Source: Roseburia sp.
Lineage (GTDB): Bacteria; Bacillota; Clostridia; Lachnospirales; Lachnospiraceae
DNA: 64,000 nt
NCBI GenBank assembly: GCA_019421345.1
Contig: JAHZFL010000003.1
Coordinates: forward strand, 209,799 to 273,798
Reading direction: 5' to 3'
Shown here: piece by piece, positions 56,407 through 64,000 of the stretch
How positions within the stretch are numbered: the first letter of the stretch is position 1
How the letters are laid out: each line of letters opens with the position of its first letter
Made by a program: the position numbers and the translations under genes
Notes under the pieces: generated by a model
The model's database searches: none
The model's input: the letters and a program-made list of their open reading frames with translations, nothing else
What the model was told of the DNA's origin: nothing

Positions 56407-58017
56407 TTATGCTTCTAAAATACCTTTGCGGATCGGCAGTACCATACCGGGCGCAACGGACAGCTCGTCAATCCCCATCTCGACAAAGGTTTTCGTCAGA
56501 GCAGTATCTGCGCCAAGCTCTCCGCAGATGCCTGCCCAGATACCTGCCTGATGGGCGGCATTGATCACCAACTGTATCATTTTAAGCACTGCCGGATGGT
56601 GTGCGTCATAATAGCGGTCCAGCTTATTATTCTGCCGGTCAATCGCTAGGGTATACTGTGTCAAATCATTTGTTCCGATGCTAAAGAAGTCAACCTCCTT
56701 CGCGAGCTCCTCCGCAATCATGACAGCCGCCGGAGTCTCGATCATAATGCCAAGCTCAATCTCTCCGTATGGGATGCCCTGTCCTTCTAACTCCTTGCGA
56801 ACCTCCGCCATGATCTTCTTCACCTCGGCAACCTCCCATACAGAGGCGATCATCGGTATCATCACGGCCAGCCTTCCATATGCGCTTGCACGGTAGAGCG
56901 CCCGTAGCTGTGTGCGGAAAATATCCTGACGATCCAGACAGATACGCACGGCACGATAACCAAGCGCCGGATTTTCCTCCGCATCCAGTTGAAAATAATC
57001 AATCTTCTTATCTGCACCAATATCAAGCGTACGGATAATGACTCTCTTGCCCGCCATCATCTCAAGAACGCGGCGGTAAGCCAAAAACTGTTCCTCCTCG
57101 CTTGGGTAATCATCATTCTGTAAATATAAAAATTCACTGCGGAATAAACCGATTCCCTCCGCGTCATTTTCCAAAACAGCGGCAACGTCCGATACGCCGC
57201 CGATATTTGCATATAAATGAATTTTCTTGCCGCTCTTTGTGACAGTCTCTTTTCCCTTTAGGGTCGCAAGCAGCTTTCTCTGCTCCTTCTCTGCCTCAAG
57301 CAGCTTCTCATATTTTGCTCTCGTCTCATCGTCGGGGTCTGCAATAAAAAGTCCCTGTCTGCCGTCTACAATTACAAGTGTGCCGTCGGCGAGCTCGTCA
57401 GCAGGTGTGGCAACCAGCGCCGGAATATTCATCATACGGGCAAGAATCGCCGTGTGGGAGTTGACAGAACCCTCTCTCGTCACAAAAGCAAGTACGGAAG
57501 AACGATCAAGCTGGATCGTCTCACTCGGCGCGAGATCATCCGCCAGAATGACAGCCGGCTCTGCTCCATGCTCCGATGCTTCCTTCACACCGCATAAAAT
57601 GCGGATGACACGCTCTGAAATATCCTTAACGTCCGCAGAACGCGCGCGCATATATTCGTCATCCATTGCGGCAAACATCTCCGAAAAATTATCTCCTGTC
57701 GTTGCAACGGCATACTCGGCATTCACCTGCTGGTTCGTGATCATATGTGTGATGGAATCGCAGTAATCCGCATCGTCCAGCATCATCTGATGGACCTCAA
57801 AAATTGCCGCGTGCTCCTCGCCCACCTGCGGGAGCGCTTTTTCATAGAGCGATTGAAGCTCCTGCAAGGCGCATGATTTTGCTTGCGTAAAGCGGGCGAG
57901 CTCCTGCTCCGTGTCCTCCACTCTGGTCCTGCGCACCATCTGATGCGTGCCGCCGATCGAACGGACAGGACCGATTGCAATTCCGCCAAACGCGATTTTT
58001 CCCTGAACCTGTTTCAT
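56407..58017 (-). CDS. ptsI: Phosphoenolpyruvate-protein phosphotransferase (Enzyme I)
   Basis: Start set at MKQVQGKIAFGG (GAGAGGGGA upstream). The phospho-His motif is GSVNSHTAILARMMNIPA. The C-terminal PEP-utilising barrel has FFSIGTNDLTQY. Confidence 0.9.
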   Translation of the reverse strand: MKQVQGKIAFGGIAIGPVRSIGGTHQMVRRTRVEDTEQELARFTQAKSCALQELQSLYEKALPQVGEEHAAIFEVHQMMLDDADYCDSITHMITNQQVNAEYAVATTGDNFSEMFAAMDDEYMRARSADVKDISERVIRILCGVKEASEHGAEPAVILADDLAPSETIQLDRSSVLAFVTREGSVNSHTAILARMMNIPALVATPADELADGTLVIVDGRQGLFIADPDDETRAKYEKLLEAEKEQRKLLATLKGKETVTKSGKKIHLYANIGGVSDVAAVLENDAEGIGLFRSEFLYLQNDDYPSEEEQFLAYRRVLEMMAGKRVIIRTLDIGADKKIDYFQLDAEENPALGYRAVRICLDRQDIFRTQLRALYRASAYGRLAVMIPMIASVWEVAEVKKIMAEVRKELEGQGIPYGEIELGIMIETPAAVMIAEELAKEVDFFSIGTNDLTQYTLAIDRQNNKLDRYYDAHHPAVLKMIQLVINAAHQAGIWAGICGELGADTALTKTFVEMGIDELSVAPGMVLPIRKGILEA

Positions 58018-58046
58018 AACATGTCCCCTCTCTAGCTGATTTTTCA

Positions 58047-58091
58047 AACAACGAGCGACACGCTTCGCGAGCCGCTCTTATGTCAAGCAAA
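58047..58091. repeat. Dispersed GC-rich intergenic repeat, copy C
   Basis: Sequence aacaacgagcgacacgcttcgcgagccgctcttatgtcaagcaaa. It lies between the queA terminator and the ptsI start, 29 nt from the ATG. Confidence 0.85.
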
Positions 58092-58136
58092 AACCGGAAA
58101 GCAAAATACAGCCGACAGCCTATCCTTTTCCGGTTT
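58091..58136 (-). terminator. Candidate queA terminator (AAACCGGAAA/TTTCCGGTTT, then TTTTTGCTT on the minus strand)
   Basis: 10-bp perfect stem (58091-58100 / 58127-58136) with a long 26-nt loop. A U-tract follows on the minus strand. Confidence 0.5.
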
Positions 58137-58214
58137 CGCACATCTATACACCTATCATGTAAGCTATTCTCTAAACGTCTCCATTATAGATTTGATTCGG
58201 CTGTTTGTCAACCT

Positions 58215-59255
58215 TTATCTATTATGCAGATCGGTCAAAAGCATGGCATCCCCGAAGCTGAAAAACCGGTAGCGCTCCTTTACCGCTTCCTTGTATGCGT
58301 TCAGCACATGCTCCCTGCCGGCAAGTGCGGATACAAGCATCACAAGCGTCGATTCCGGCAGATGAAAGTTCGTAATGAGACAATCAACGACCTTAAACCG
58401 ATACCCCGGATAAATAAAAATTTCCGTCCAACCGCTCATCTCGCGCAGAAATCCGTTTTCATCAGCGGCTGCCTCCAATGTGCGCGTGCTTGTTGTTCCG
58501 ACAGCGATCACACGATGTCCTTCCCTTCTCGCACGGTTGATCTTATCCGCCTCACTTTGCGTGATCCGGTAAAATTCCGAATGCATATGGTGCTTTAAGA
58601 CGTCTGTTTCCTTGACAGGACGGAAGGTGCCAAGTCCGACATGAAGCGTTACCTCCGCAATCTCAACACCCATGCCCCGCACCGCATCAAGCAACTCCGC
58701 CGTAAAGTGAAGTCCTGCCGTCGGCGCCGCCGCCGAGCCGTCATGCTTTGCATAAACCGTCTGATAACGGGTCTTATCCTCCAACTGATGCGTAATATAA
58801 GGCGGCAGCGGCATCTGTCCGAGCCTGTCTAAAATCTCCTCAAAGATCCCCTCATACTCAAACCGGATCAGCCGGTTGCCCTCCTCTACAATATCAATGA
58901 CCTCTCCCGTCAAAATCCCCTCGCCAAAGCTTAGTCTCGCGCCCGGTCTGCATTTCTTTCCGGGCTTTACAAGCGTCTCCCACACGTCGTTTTCCATTCT
59001 TTTTAAGAGGAGGATCTCCACCTTTGCCTCTGTGCCCTCCTTCACGCCATAGAGCCGTGCCGGAATCACCTTCGTGTTATTGATCACGAGACAATCGCCC
59101 CGTTTTAGGTATTCTGTGATGTTTTTAAAAATCCTATGCTGTATTTCGCCTGTATTTTTATCGAGTACCATAAGTCTCGAAGCGGAGCGGTCGCGCAGTG
59201 GGTCCTGCGCGATAAGCTCCTGCGGAAGATCATAATAAAAATCTTTTACATCCAT
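58215..59255 (-). CDS. queA: S-adenosylmethionine:tRNA ribosyltransferase-isomerase
   Basis: 346 aa. Motifs [35 protein letters not shown] and [11 protein letters not shown]. Confidence 0.9.
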   Translation of the reverse strand: MDVKDFYYDLPQELIAQDPLRDRSASRLMVLDKNTGEIQHRIFKNITEYLKRGDCLVINNTKVIPARLYGVKEGTEAKVEILLLKRMENDVWETLVKPGKKCRPGARLSFGEGILTGEVIDIVEEGNRLIRFEYEGIFEEILDRLGQMPLPPYITHQLEDKTRYQTVYAKHDGSAAAPTAGLHFTAELLDAVRGMGVEIAEVTLHVGLGTFRPVKETDVLKHHMHSEFYRITQSEADKINRARREGHRVIAVGTTSTRTLEAAADENGFLREMSGWTEIFIYPGYRFKVVDCLITNFHLPESTLVMLVSALAGREHVLNAYKEAVKERYRFFSFGDAMLLTDLHNR

Positions 59256-59270
59256 GATTTTTCTCCCAAC

Positions 59271-61688
59271 TTATTTGCGAAGCTCTGCGCCAAGCGCTTC
59301 CAGCGCCGTCACAATTTCATTCATAGCGCCTGTGATGTCAGCTTCCTCAAGGTTGCGGTCCTTCGCCCGGAAAGATAACGAATAGGCAATGGATTTGCAG
59401 CCTTCCTGGATCTGAGAGCCCTCGTATATGTCAAACAGCTCATAGCGCTCCAACAGCTTTCCGCCCTTTGTATCGAATACTTTTTCAATATCTCCGGCTA
59501 AAACAGTCTTTGGCACGATCATCGAGATGTCTCTTGAAGCAGCAGGAAATTTCGCAATTCCCTCATATTTATGGTCAAAGCCTGCGCGCGCTACAATTTC
59601 AGGCATATCGAGTACTGCGACATAGACGCGCTCCTTCATGGAATAATTTGCTGACACAACCGGATGTACCTCGCCCAGACAGCCGATAACCGTTCCGTCA
59701 TAAATAACGTTTGCCTGACGTCCCGGATGAAGGAATGAAAGCCCTGCGTTCGGGTCGTACTGCGGCTTTGACGTCATACCAACCTTGCTTAAGAATTCCT
59801 CGATGAAACCCTTCATCGTGTAAAAATCTCCGTCCCCGTACATGCCAAGCGTAAACTGCATGCGCTCCGTCGGAAGCTCCGTGACAGGCGTCTGCTTCGG
59901 CAGATAAATATTTCCAAGCTCATAAAGACGGACGTTTTTATTCCTGCGGTTAAAATTTGTGGAAAGCGAGGTCAGCATACCGTTTAGAGAAATCGTTCGC
60001 ATAATGGAGAAATCCTCTCCCAGCGGATTCATGATCTCAACTGTCCGGCGCAGCGGTGAATCCTTAGGAAGCAGTAATTTATCAAATACCTTCGGGCTTT
60101 CAAAGGAATATGTCATTCCCTGTGAGAAGCCGCAGAACTCTGCAACCTCACGCGCCACACACTCGATCCGAAGCTTGAACGAAAGCTTTCCTGTTGTCGC
60201 CTCACCGCTTGGAAGCGTCGTAGGAATCTTGTCATAGCCAAAGAAACGGGCAACCTCCTCCGCCAGATCAGCGCCGCATACAAGGTCCTGTCTCCATGAG
60301 GGGATGAGCACCTCATTTTTTTCTGCATCATAGGAAAGCGCAAGCCGCGCAAAATAGGAAAGCATCGTTTCCGGTGCAATCTCTGTTCCGAGGAGACGAT
60401 TATATTTTTCCGGTTCAAACAGCAGTCTCTTTCCTTCGACCGGATTCGGGTAAACGTCAATGACGCCACCGACTACCTCTCCGGCGCCTAGCTCCTCGAT
60501 CAACTGGCAGGCACGATTCATTGCAAGGATCGCATTGTTTGGGTCTAAGCCCTTCTCAAACTTGGAGGAAGCGTCTGTCCGCAGACCGATCTTCTTGCTG
60601 GAAAGACGGATATTGGTACCGTCAAAGCATGCAGCCTCAAACAGCATCGTGCTTACACTGTCCGTGATCATCGAATTTTCACCACCCATAATACCGGCAA
60701 TTCCAATCGGCTTTTTGCCGTCGCAGATCATTAAGACGGAATCATCCAGTACGCGCTCCTGACCGTCTAATGTCACGAATTTCTCGCCGTTTGACGCGCG
60801 TCTTACGACAATCTCACCACCCTCAATCGCGGCAAGGTCATACGCGTGCATCGGCTGTCCATATTCCTCCATGACATAATTTGTAATATCTACCAGGTTA
60901 TTGATCGGACGGATGCCCTGCGCCCGCAGCCGCTGCTGCATCCATTCCGGCGAAGGCGCGAGCCTGATATTTTTTACCGCCCTTGCCGTATATCTGGAGC
61001 AGAGCGCCGTATCCTCCACCGACACCTTGATATAGCTGTGCACATCCTCATCATTTCCCGTCTCCGTCACAACCGGCGGTACAAATTCCCTGCCGAAGGT
61101 CGCTGCAGCCTCTCTTGCAAGTCCAAGAATCGAAAAGCAGTCGACACGGTTTGAAGTAATCTCATACTCCACTACCGTATCGTCCAGTCCCAGATAGCTT
61201 ACCGCACTCTCGCCGATGGGCGCGTCCTCCGGCAAAATATAAAGACCGTTTTCCGGTGCAAGCGGAAACATATCGCGGGTCGATCCAAGCTCCTCGATCG
61301 AGCACATCATTCCGTTTGATTCCACACCGCGCAGCTTTCCTTTTTTGATCTTGACGCCGCCCTCTGTTTTGCTTCCGTCATGGCTGCCGGCAACCCTGCC
61401 TCCGTCCAAAACGACAGGTACCTTGCAGCCTTCCGTGACGTTTGGCGCGCCGGTGACAATTTGAATTGTTTCCGTACCGATGTCAACCTGACAGATCACA
61501 AGCTTATCCGCGTCAGGATGACGCTCAATGCTTTTCACCTGACCGATGACGATTTTTTCCAGATCGGCATCCATACAGGTATAGCCTTCAACCTTTGAAC
61601 CGGATAATGTCATCGCATCTCTGTATTCCTGCGGGGTTACGGTAAGCTCCGGCACGAAATCCCTGATCCATTTTAATGATGTATTCAT
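59271..61688 (-). CDS. pheT: Phenylalanine--tRNA ligase beta subunit
   Basis: 805 aa. N-terminus SLKWIRDFV. tRNA-binding, B3/4, B5 and FDX-ACB domain order is recognisable. Confidence 0.9.
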   Translation of the reverse strand: MNTSLKWIRDFVPELTVTPQEYRDAMTLSGSKVEGYTCMDADLEKIVIGQVKSIERHPDADKLVICQVDIGTETIQIVTGAPNVTEGCKVPVVLDGGRVAGSHDGSKTEGGVKIKKGKLRGVESNGMMCSIEELGSTRDMFPLAPENGLYILPEDAPIGESAVSYLGLDDTVVEYEITSNRVDCFSILGLAREAAATFGREFVPPVVTETGNDEDVHSYIKVSVEDTALCSRYTARAVKNIRLAPSPEWMQQRLRAQGIRPINNLVDITNYVMEEYGQPMHAYDLAAIEGGEIVVRRASNGEKFVTLDGQERVLDDSVLMICDGKKPIGIAGIMGGENSMITDSVSTMLFEAACFDGTNIRLSSKKIGLRTDASSKFEKGLDPNNAILAMNRACQLIEELGAGEVVGGVIDVYPNPVEGKRLLFEPEKYNRLLGTEIAPETMLSYFARLALSYDAEKNEVLIPSWRQDLVCGADLAEEVARFFGYDKIPTTLPSGEATTGKLSFKLRIECVAREVAEFCGFSQGMTYSFESPKVFDKLLLPKDSPLRRTVEIMNPLGEDFSIMRTISLNGMLTSLSTNFNRRNKNVRLYELGNIYLPKQTPVTELPTERMQFTLGMYGDGDFYTMKGFIEEFLSKVGMTSKPQYDPNAGLSFLHPGRQANVIYDGTVIGCLGEVHPVVSANYSMKERVYVAVLDMPEIVARAGFDHKYEGIAKFPAASRDISMIVPKTVLAGDIEKVFDTKGGKLLERYELFDIYEGSQIQEGCKSIAYSLSFRAKDRNLEEADITGAMNEIVTALEALGAELRK

Positions 61689-61710
61689 ATTATTTTCCCT
61701 CCTAAAACTC

Positions 61711-62736
61711 TTAAAACTGTTCTAAGAATCTCTGATCATTCTCATACAGCAGGCGCATGTCATCGATCTCATACTTTAACAATGCGATACGCTCAAGTCC
61801 CATGCCAAAGGCAAAGCCTGAATATTCCTCCGGATCGATACCGCTCATCTTTAAGACGCGCGGATGCACCATACCGCAGCCCAAAATCTCGATCCAGCCC
61901 TCTCCCTTGCAGAACCGGCAGCCCTTACCGCCGCATTTAAAGCAGGTGACATCCATCTCTGCGGACGGCTCTGTAAAAGGAAAATGATGCGGACGGAATT
62001 TTACCTTTGTAGCTTCTCCGAACAGCTCCCTTGCAAACTCCGCCAGTGTTCCCTTTAAATCCGCGAACGTGATATGTTTGTCGATGACAAGCCCCTCCAC
62101 CTGATGAAAGGACGGGGAATGTGTGGCATCCACCTCATCCGAACGGAATACACGCCCCGGCGCAAGCATACGGATCGGCAGCCTTCCTTTTTCCATCTCA
62201 CGAACCTGAACCGGAGAGGTCTGTGTGCGCAGCACGATTTTTTCGTTGATATAGAAGGTATCCTGCTCATCCTTTGCCGGATGATTTGCCGGTATGTTTA
62301 ACGCTTCAAAATTATAGTAGTCGTACTCTACCTCCGGTCCTTCCACTACCTCATAGCCCATACCCGTAAAAATGCGCTCTACCTCCTCCAGTGCAATCGT
62401 GTTCGGATGGCGGTGTCCGACCTGATTCTTCTTTGCCGGAAGCGTCACGTCGATCACTTCCTCTTTTAACCTGAATGAAAGCGCCTCTGCCTCAAGCTTC
62501 GCCTTTGTCTCCTCAAGCATCTGCTCGATGCTCTCTCTCGTCTCATTGACAAGCTGTCCTACCAGCGGACGATCCTCTGGACTTACGTCCTTCATACTCT
62601 TTAACACTGCTGTCAATGAGCCTTTTTTCCCGAGTATGGCGACGCGGACATCATTGAGCGTGCTCAGATCCTTGGATTCGCTGATCTGACGCATAGCATC
62701 TTCCTTAATTTTTTGAAGTTTTTCTTTCATATTCAT
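61711..62736 (-). CDS. pheS: Phenylalanine--tRNA ligase alpha subunit
   Basis: 341 aa. Motifs HPNTIALEEV, LLRTQTS-like (VLRTQTSPVQ), FRPHHFPFTEPSAE and GFAFGMGLERIA. Confidence 0.9.
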   Translation of the reverse strand: MNMKEKLQKIKEDAMRQISESKDLSTLNDVRVAILGKKGSLTAVLKSMKDVSPEDRPLVGQLVNETRESIEQMLEETKAKLEAEALSFRLKEEVIDVTLPAKKNQVGHRHPNTIALEEVERIFTGMGYEVVEGPEVEYDYYNFEALNIPANHPAKDEQDTFYINEKIVLRTQTSPVQVREMEKGRLPIRMLAPGRVFRSDEVDATHSPSFHQVEGLVIDKHITFADLKGTLAEFARELFGEATKVKFRPHHFPFTEPSAEMDVTCFKCGGKGCRFCKGEGWIEILGCGMVHPRVLKMSGIDPEEYSGFAFGMGLERIALLKYEIDDMRLLYENDQRFLEQF

Positions 62737-62744
62737 CCTCCATT

Positions 62745-63010
62745 CTCCCTCTCAAACAAAAAACCGCGAAACCACTCGTCTTACTAGGGACGAATGATTC
62801 CGCGGTACCACCCTGATTCTTTCCGGTCATAAAATGTGCATGACCTTTTAAAAAGCGCTCCTATGCGTAACGTGCATCAACGTCATCCGCTACTGCTGTT
62901 CACGGATGCAGCTCCTGTGCGAACTTCGATTCCTACCTTGCCTTAAGCGGGCTTGCAGCCGATGACCCGCTCTCTCTGAAAGGGATATAGTGCTCTATGG
63001 GGAACTCCCC
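62745..63010 (-). promoter_or_regulatory. T-box riboswitch leader (Phe, UUC specifier) with terminator/antiterminator
   Basis: On the minus strand: AGAGAG box (62980-62975). Candidate specifier GAAG-UUC-G, with UUC at 62923-62921. T-box sequence AGGGTGGTACCGCGG (62814-62800). The terminator is CCGCGGAATCATTCGTC...GACGAGTGGTTTCGCGG followed by TTTTTT, directly upstream of pheS. Confidence 0.85.
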
Positions 63011-63103
63011 CCACACATTCTCTGCCTTTTTCTGCAGCAGTCTGCCATGGCATTCTGCTGTTTTTTAATCTAAATCGTATTCTAGCACAGCAGATAAGAA
63101 ACA

Positions 63104-63952
63104 TCAAGTACTTTTTCCGGTCTGTGGCACTCTCCTGCCGCCTTTGAAATGATCGCAGAATACAACATTGATCTCCGCAGCGATCATCATAATATAGATG
63201 CAAAAATAAAACCAGAGCATCACGAGCACGATCGTCGTCAAACTGCCGTACATTGAAAAACCATTGAAATAATCTACATAGATGGAAACGCCGCAGGAGA
63301 ACAGATACCAGCCGATGCTGCAGAACAGTGCGCCCGGAAGCTGACTCTTTAGCGTCAGTTTTCTGTTTGGCAGCGTCGTAAAAATAATATCAAAAAACAG
63401 AATCAGCACAGCTAACATCCAAAGTCCCTTTAAATGTGACAGAATACCTGCAAGCTTTGATAAAATAGGCAGATACTGTGCCGCAAGCAGACGAAGCGAA
63501 TTACCGAAAACGATCACGGAGAGCGTCAATATGATCGCCGCCAAGAATACGAGTGTATAAAGGATCGCCCAAAAGCGCAGAACAAACCAATTTCTTGTTT
63601 CCTCCAGATCATGCACCGAATTAAAGCCGTCTGCCAGATACTGCACACCCTTTGCCGCAGACCAGACGGCAACGAGCGCCGTTGCCGAGATAATTCCCAT
63701 AGAGCGGTTATACACCTCATCCACGAGCGAAATAAAAAACGGCGCAAGATATTCCGGTATGATGCGCCGCATCAGCTCCAAAAGCATCGATTCCGTCACA
63801 GAGGTATACTGCAGCAGAGAAGAAAACACCATTAAGAACGGAATAATCGATACAATGATAAAAAATGCAGACTGTGCCGCATACGCATTGATTTTATCCT
63901 GCCTGCATTTTTTCATAAAATAATTCCAATGAGCTGCCATCTTCCAGATCAT
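63104..63952 (-). CDS. YihY/BrkB-family membrane protein
   Basis: 282 aa with six hydrophobic helices. Motifs AYAAQSAFFIIVSIIPFLM and YGSLTTIVLVMLWFYF are typical of YihY. Confidence 0.7.
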   Translation of the reverse strand: MIWKMAAHWNYFMKKCRQDKINAYAAQSAFFIIVSIIPFLMVFSSLLQYTSVTESMLLELMRRIIPEYLAPFFISLVDEVYNRSMGIISATALVAVWSAAKGVQYLADGFNSVHDLEETRNWFVLRFWAILYTLVFLAAIILTLSVIVFGNSLRLLAAQYLPILSKLAGILSHLKGLWMLAVLILFFDIIFTTLPNRKLTLKSQLPGALFCSIGWYLFSCGVSIYVDYFNGFSMYGSLTTIVLVMLWFYFCIYIMMIAAEINVVFCDHFKGGRRVPQTGKST

Positions 63953-64000
63953 AGTGTTTCCTCTCCATCGTATTGCGCAAAATAACGCGCTTGTTTACTC

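Noticed and set aside
35897-58091. TTGACA at the minus-strand 5' end of each dispersed repeat, considered as a -35 promoter box
   Set aside because: The position 17 nt downstream of it is GC-rich (GCGTGT or CACAGT), with no -10-like hexamer. In copy B the element faces away from the nearest start codon.
63035-63066. Hairpin CAGCAG...CTGCTG followed by TTTTTT on the plus strand
   Set aside because: It would act as a plus-strand terminator, but all neighbouring genes are on the minus strand, where it lacks a U-tract. It may be part of the pheS leader 5' region or fortuitous.
1-64000. CRISPR arrays, tRNA and rRNA genes
   Set aside because: I found no regularly spaced direct repeats, no cloverleaf-like conserved tRNA boxes and no rRNA-like segments while reading the intergenic regions.

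Overview
The window is a Clostridia-type (Lachnospiraceae-like) chromosomal segment, mostly minus-strand housekeeping operons at roughly 50-60% G+C. All family calls below come from reading motifs by eye. No database search was run.

Housekeeping content, in order:
- rng plus two radical-SAM-associated genes
- a partial his operon (hisZ-G-D-B plus a HisF-like/HisIE fusion)
- recU, and an RNA-modification block (pseudouridine synthase - ygiQ - pseudouridine synthase)
- pepD, ylbJ, coaD, rsmD, pgsA, rimO, rpoZ, gmk, remA, yicC
- niaR-nadC-nadB, pepF, rqcH
- an EF-G paralogue, tyrA, ptsI-ptsH-cutC, queA
- pheST behind a Phe T-box leader, and yihY

The standout is an AT-rich (about 28-33% G+C by hand count) island of about 7.8 kb at roughly 42.7-50.4 kb. 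It carries a compact, apparently undescribed RiPP-type operon on the minus strand:
- a near-consensus sigma-70 promoter
- a 59-aa Cys-rich precursor ORF (48690-48869), below the 60-aa cut-off of the ORF track
- a hairpin between precursor and maturase
- a radical SAM/SPASM maturase
- an HExxH (MA-type) putative peptidase
- two ABC exporter half-transporter genes without C39 domains
- a terminator

The island is flanked by an imperfect 17/18-nt direct repeat. It sits beside a host-G+C two-component system and a lantibiotic-immunity-type (F/E/G) ABC transporter.

Secondary observations:
- a dispersed 39-45-nt GC-rich imperfect-palindrome repeat in three intergenic regions
- a degenerate HisF-like domain fused to HisIE
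- a ygiQ gene sandwiched between two pseudouridine synthase genes
- a candidate NiaR operator overlapping the nadB promoter

No rRNA, tRNA, CRISPR array, integrase or transposase was recognised.
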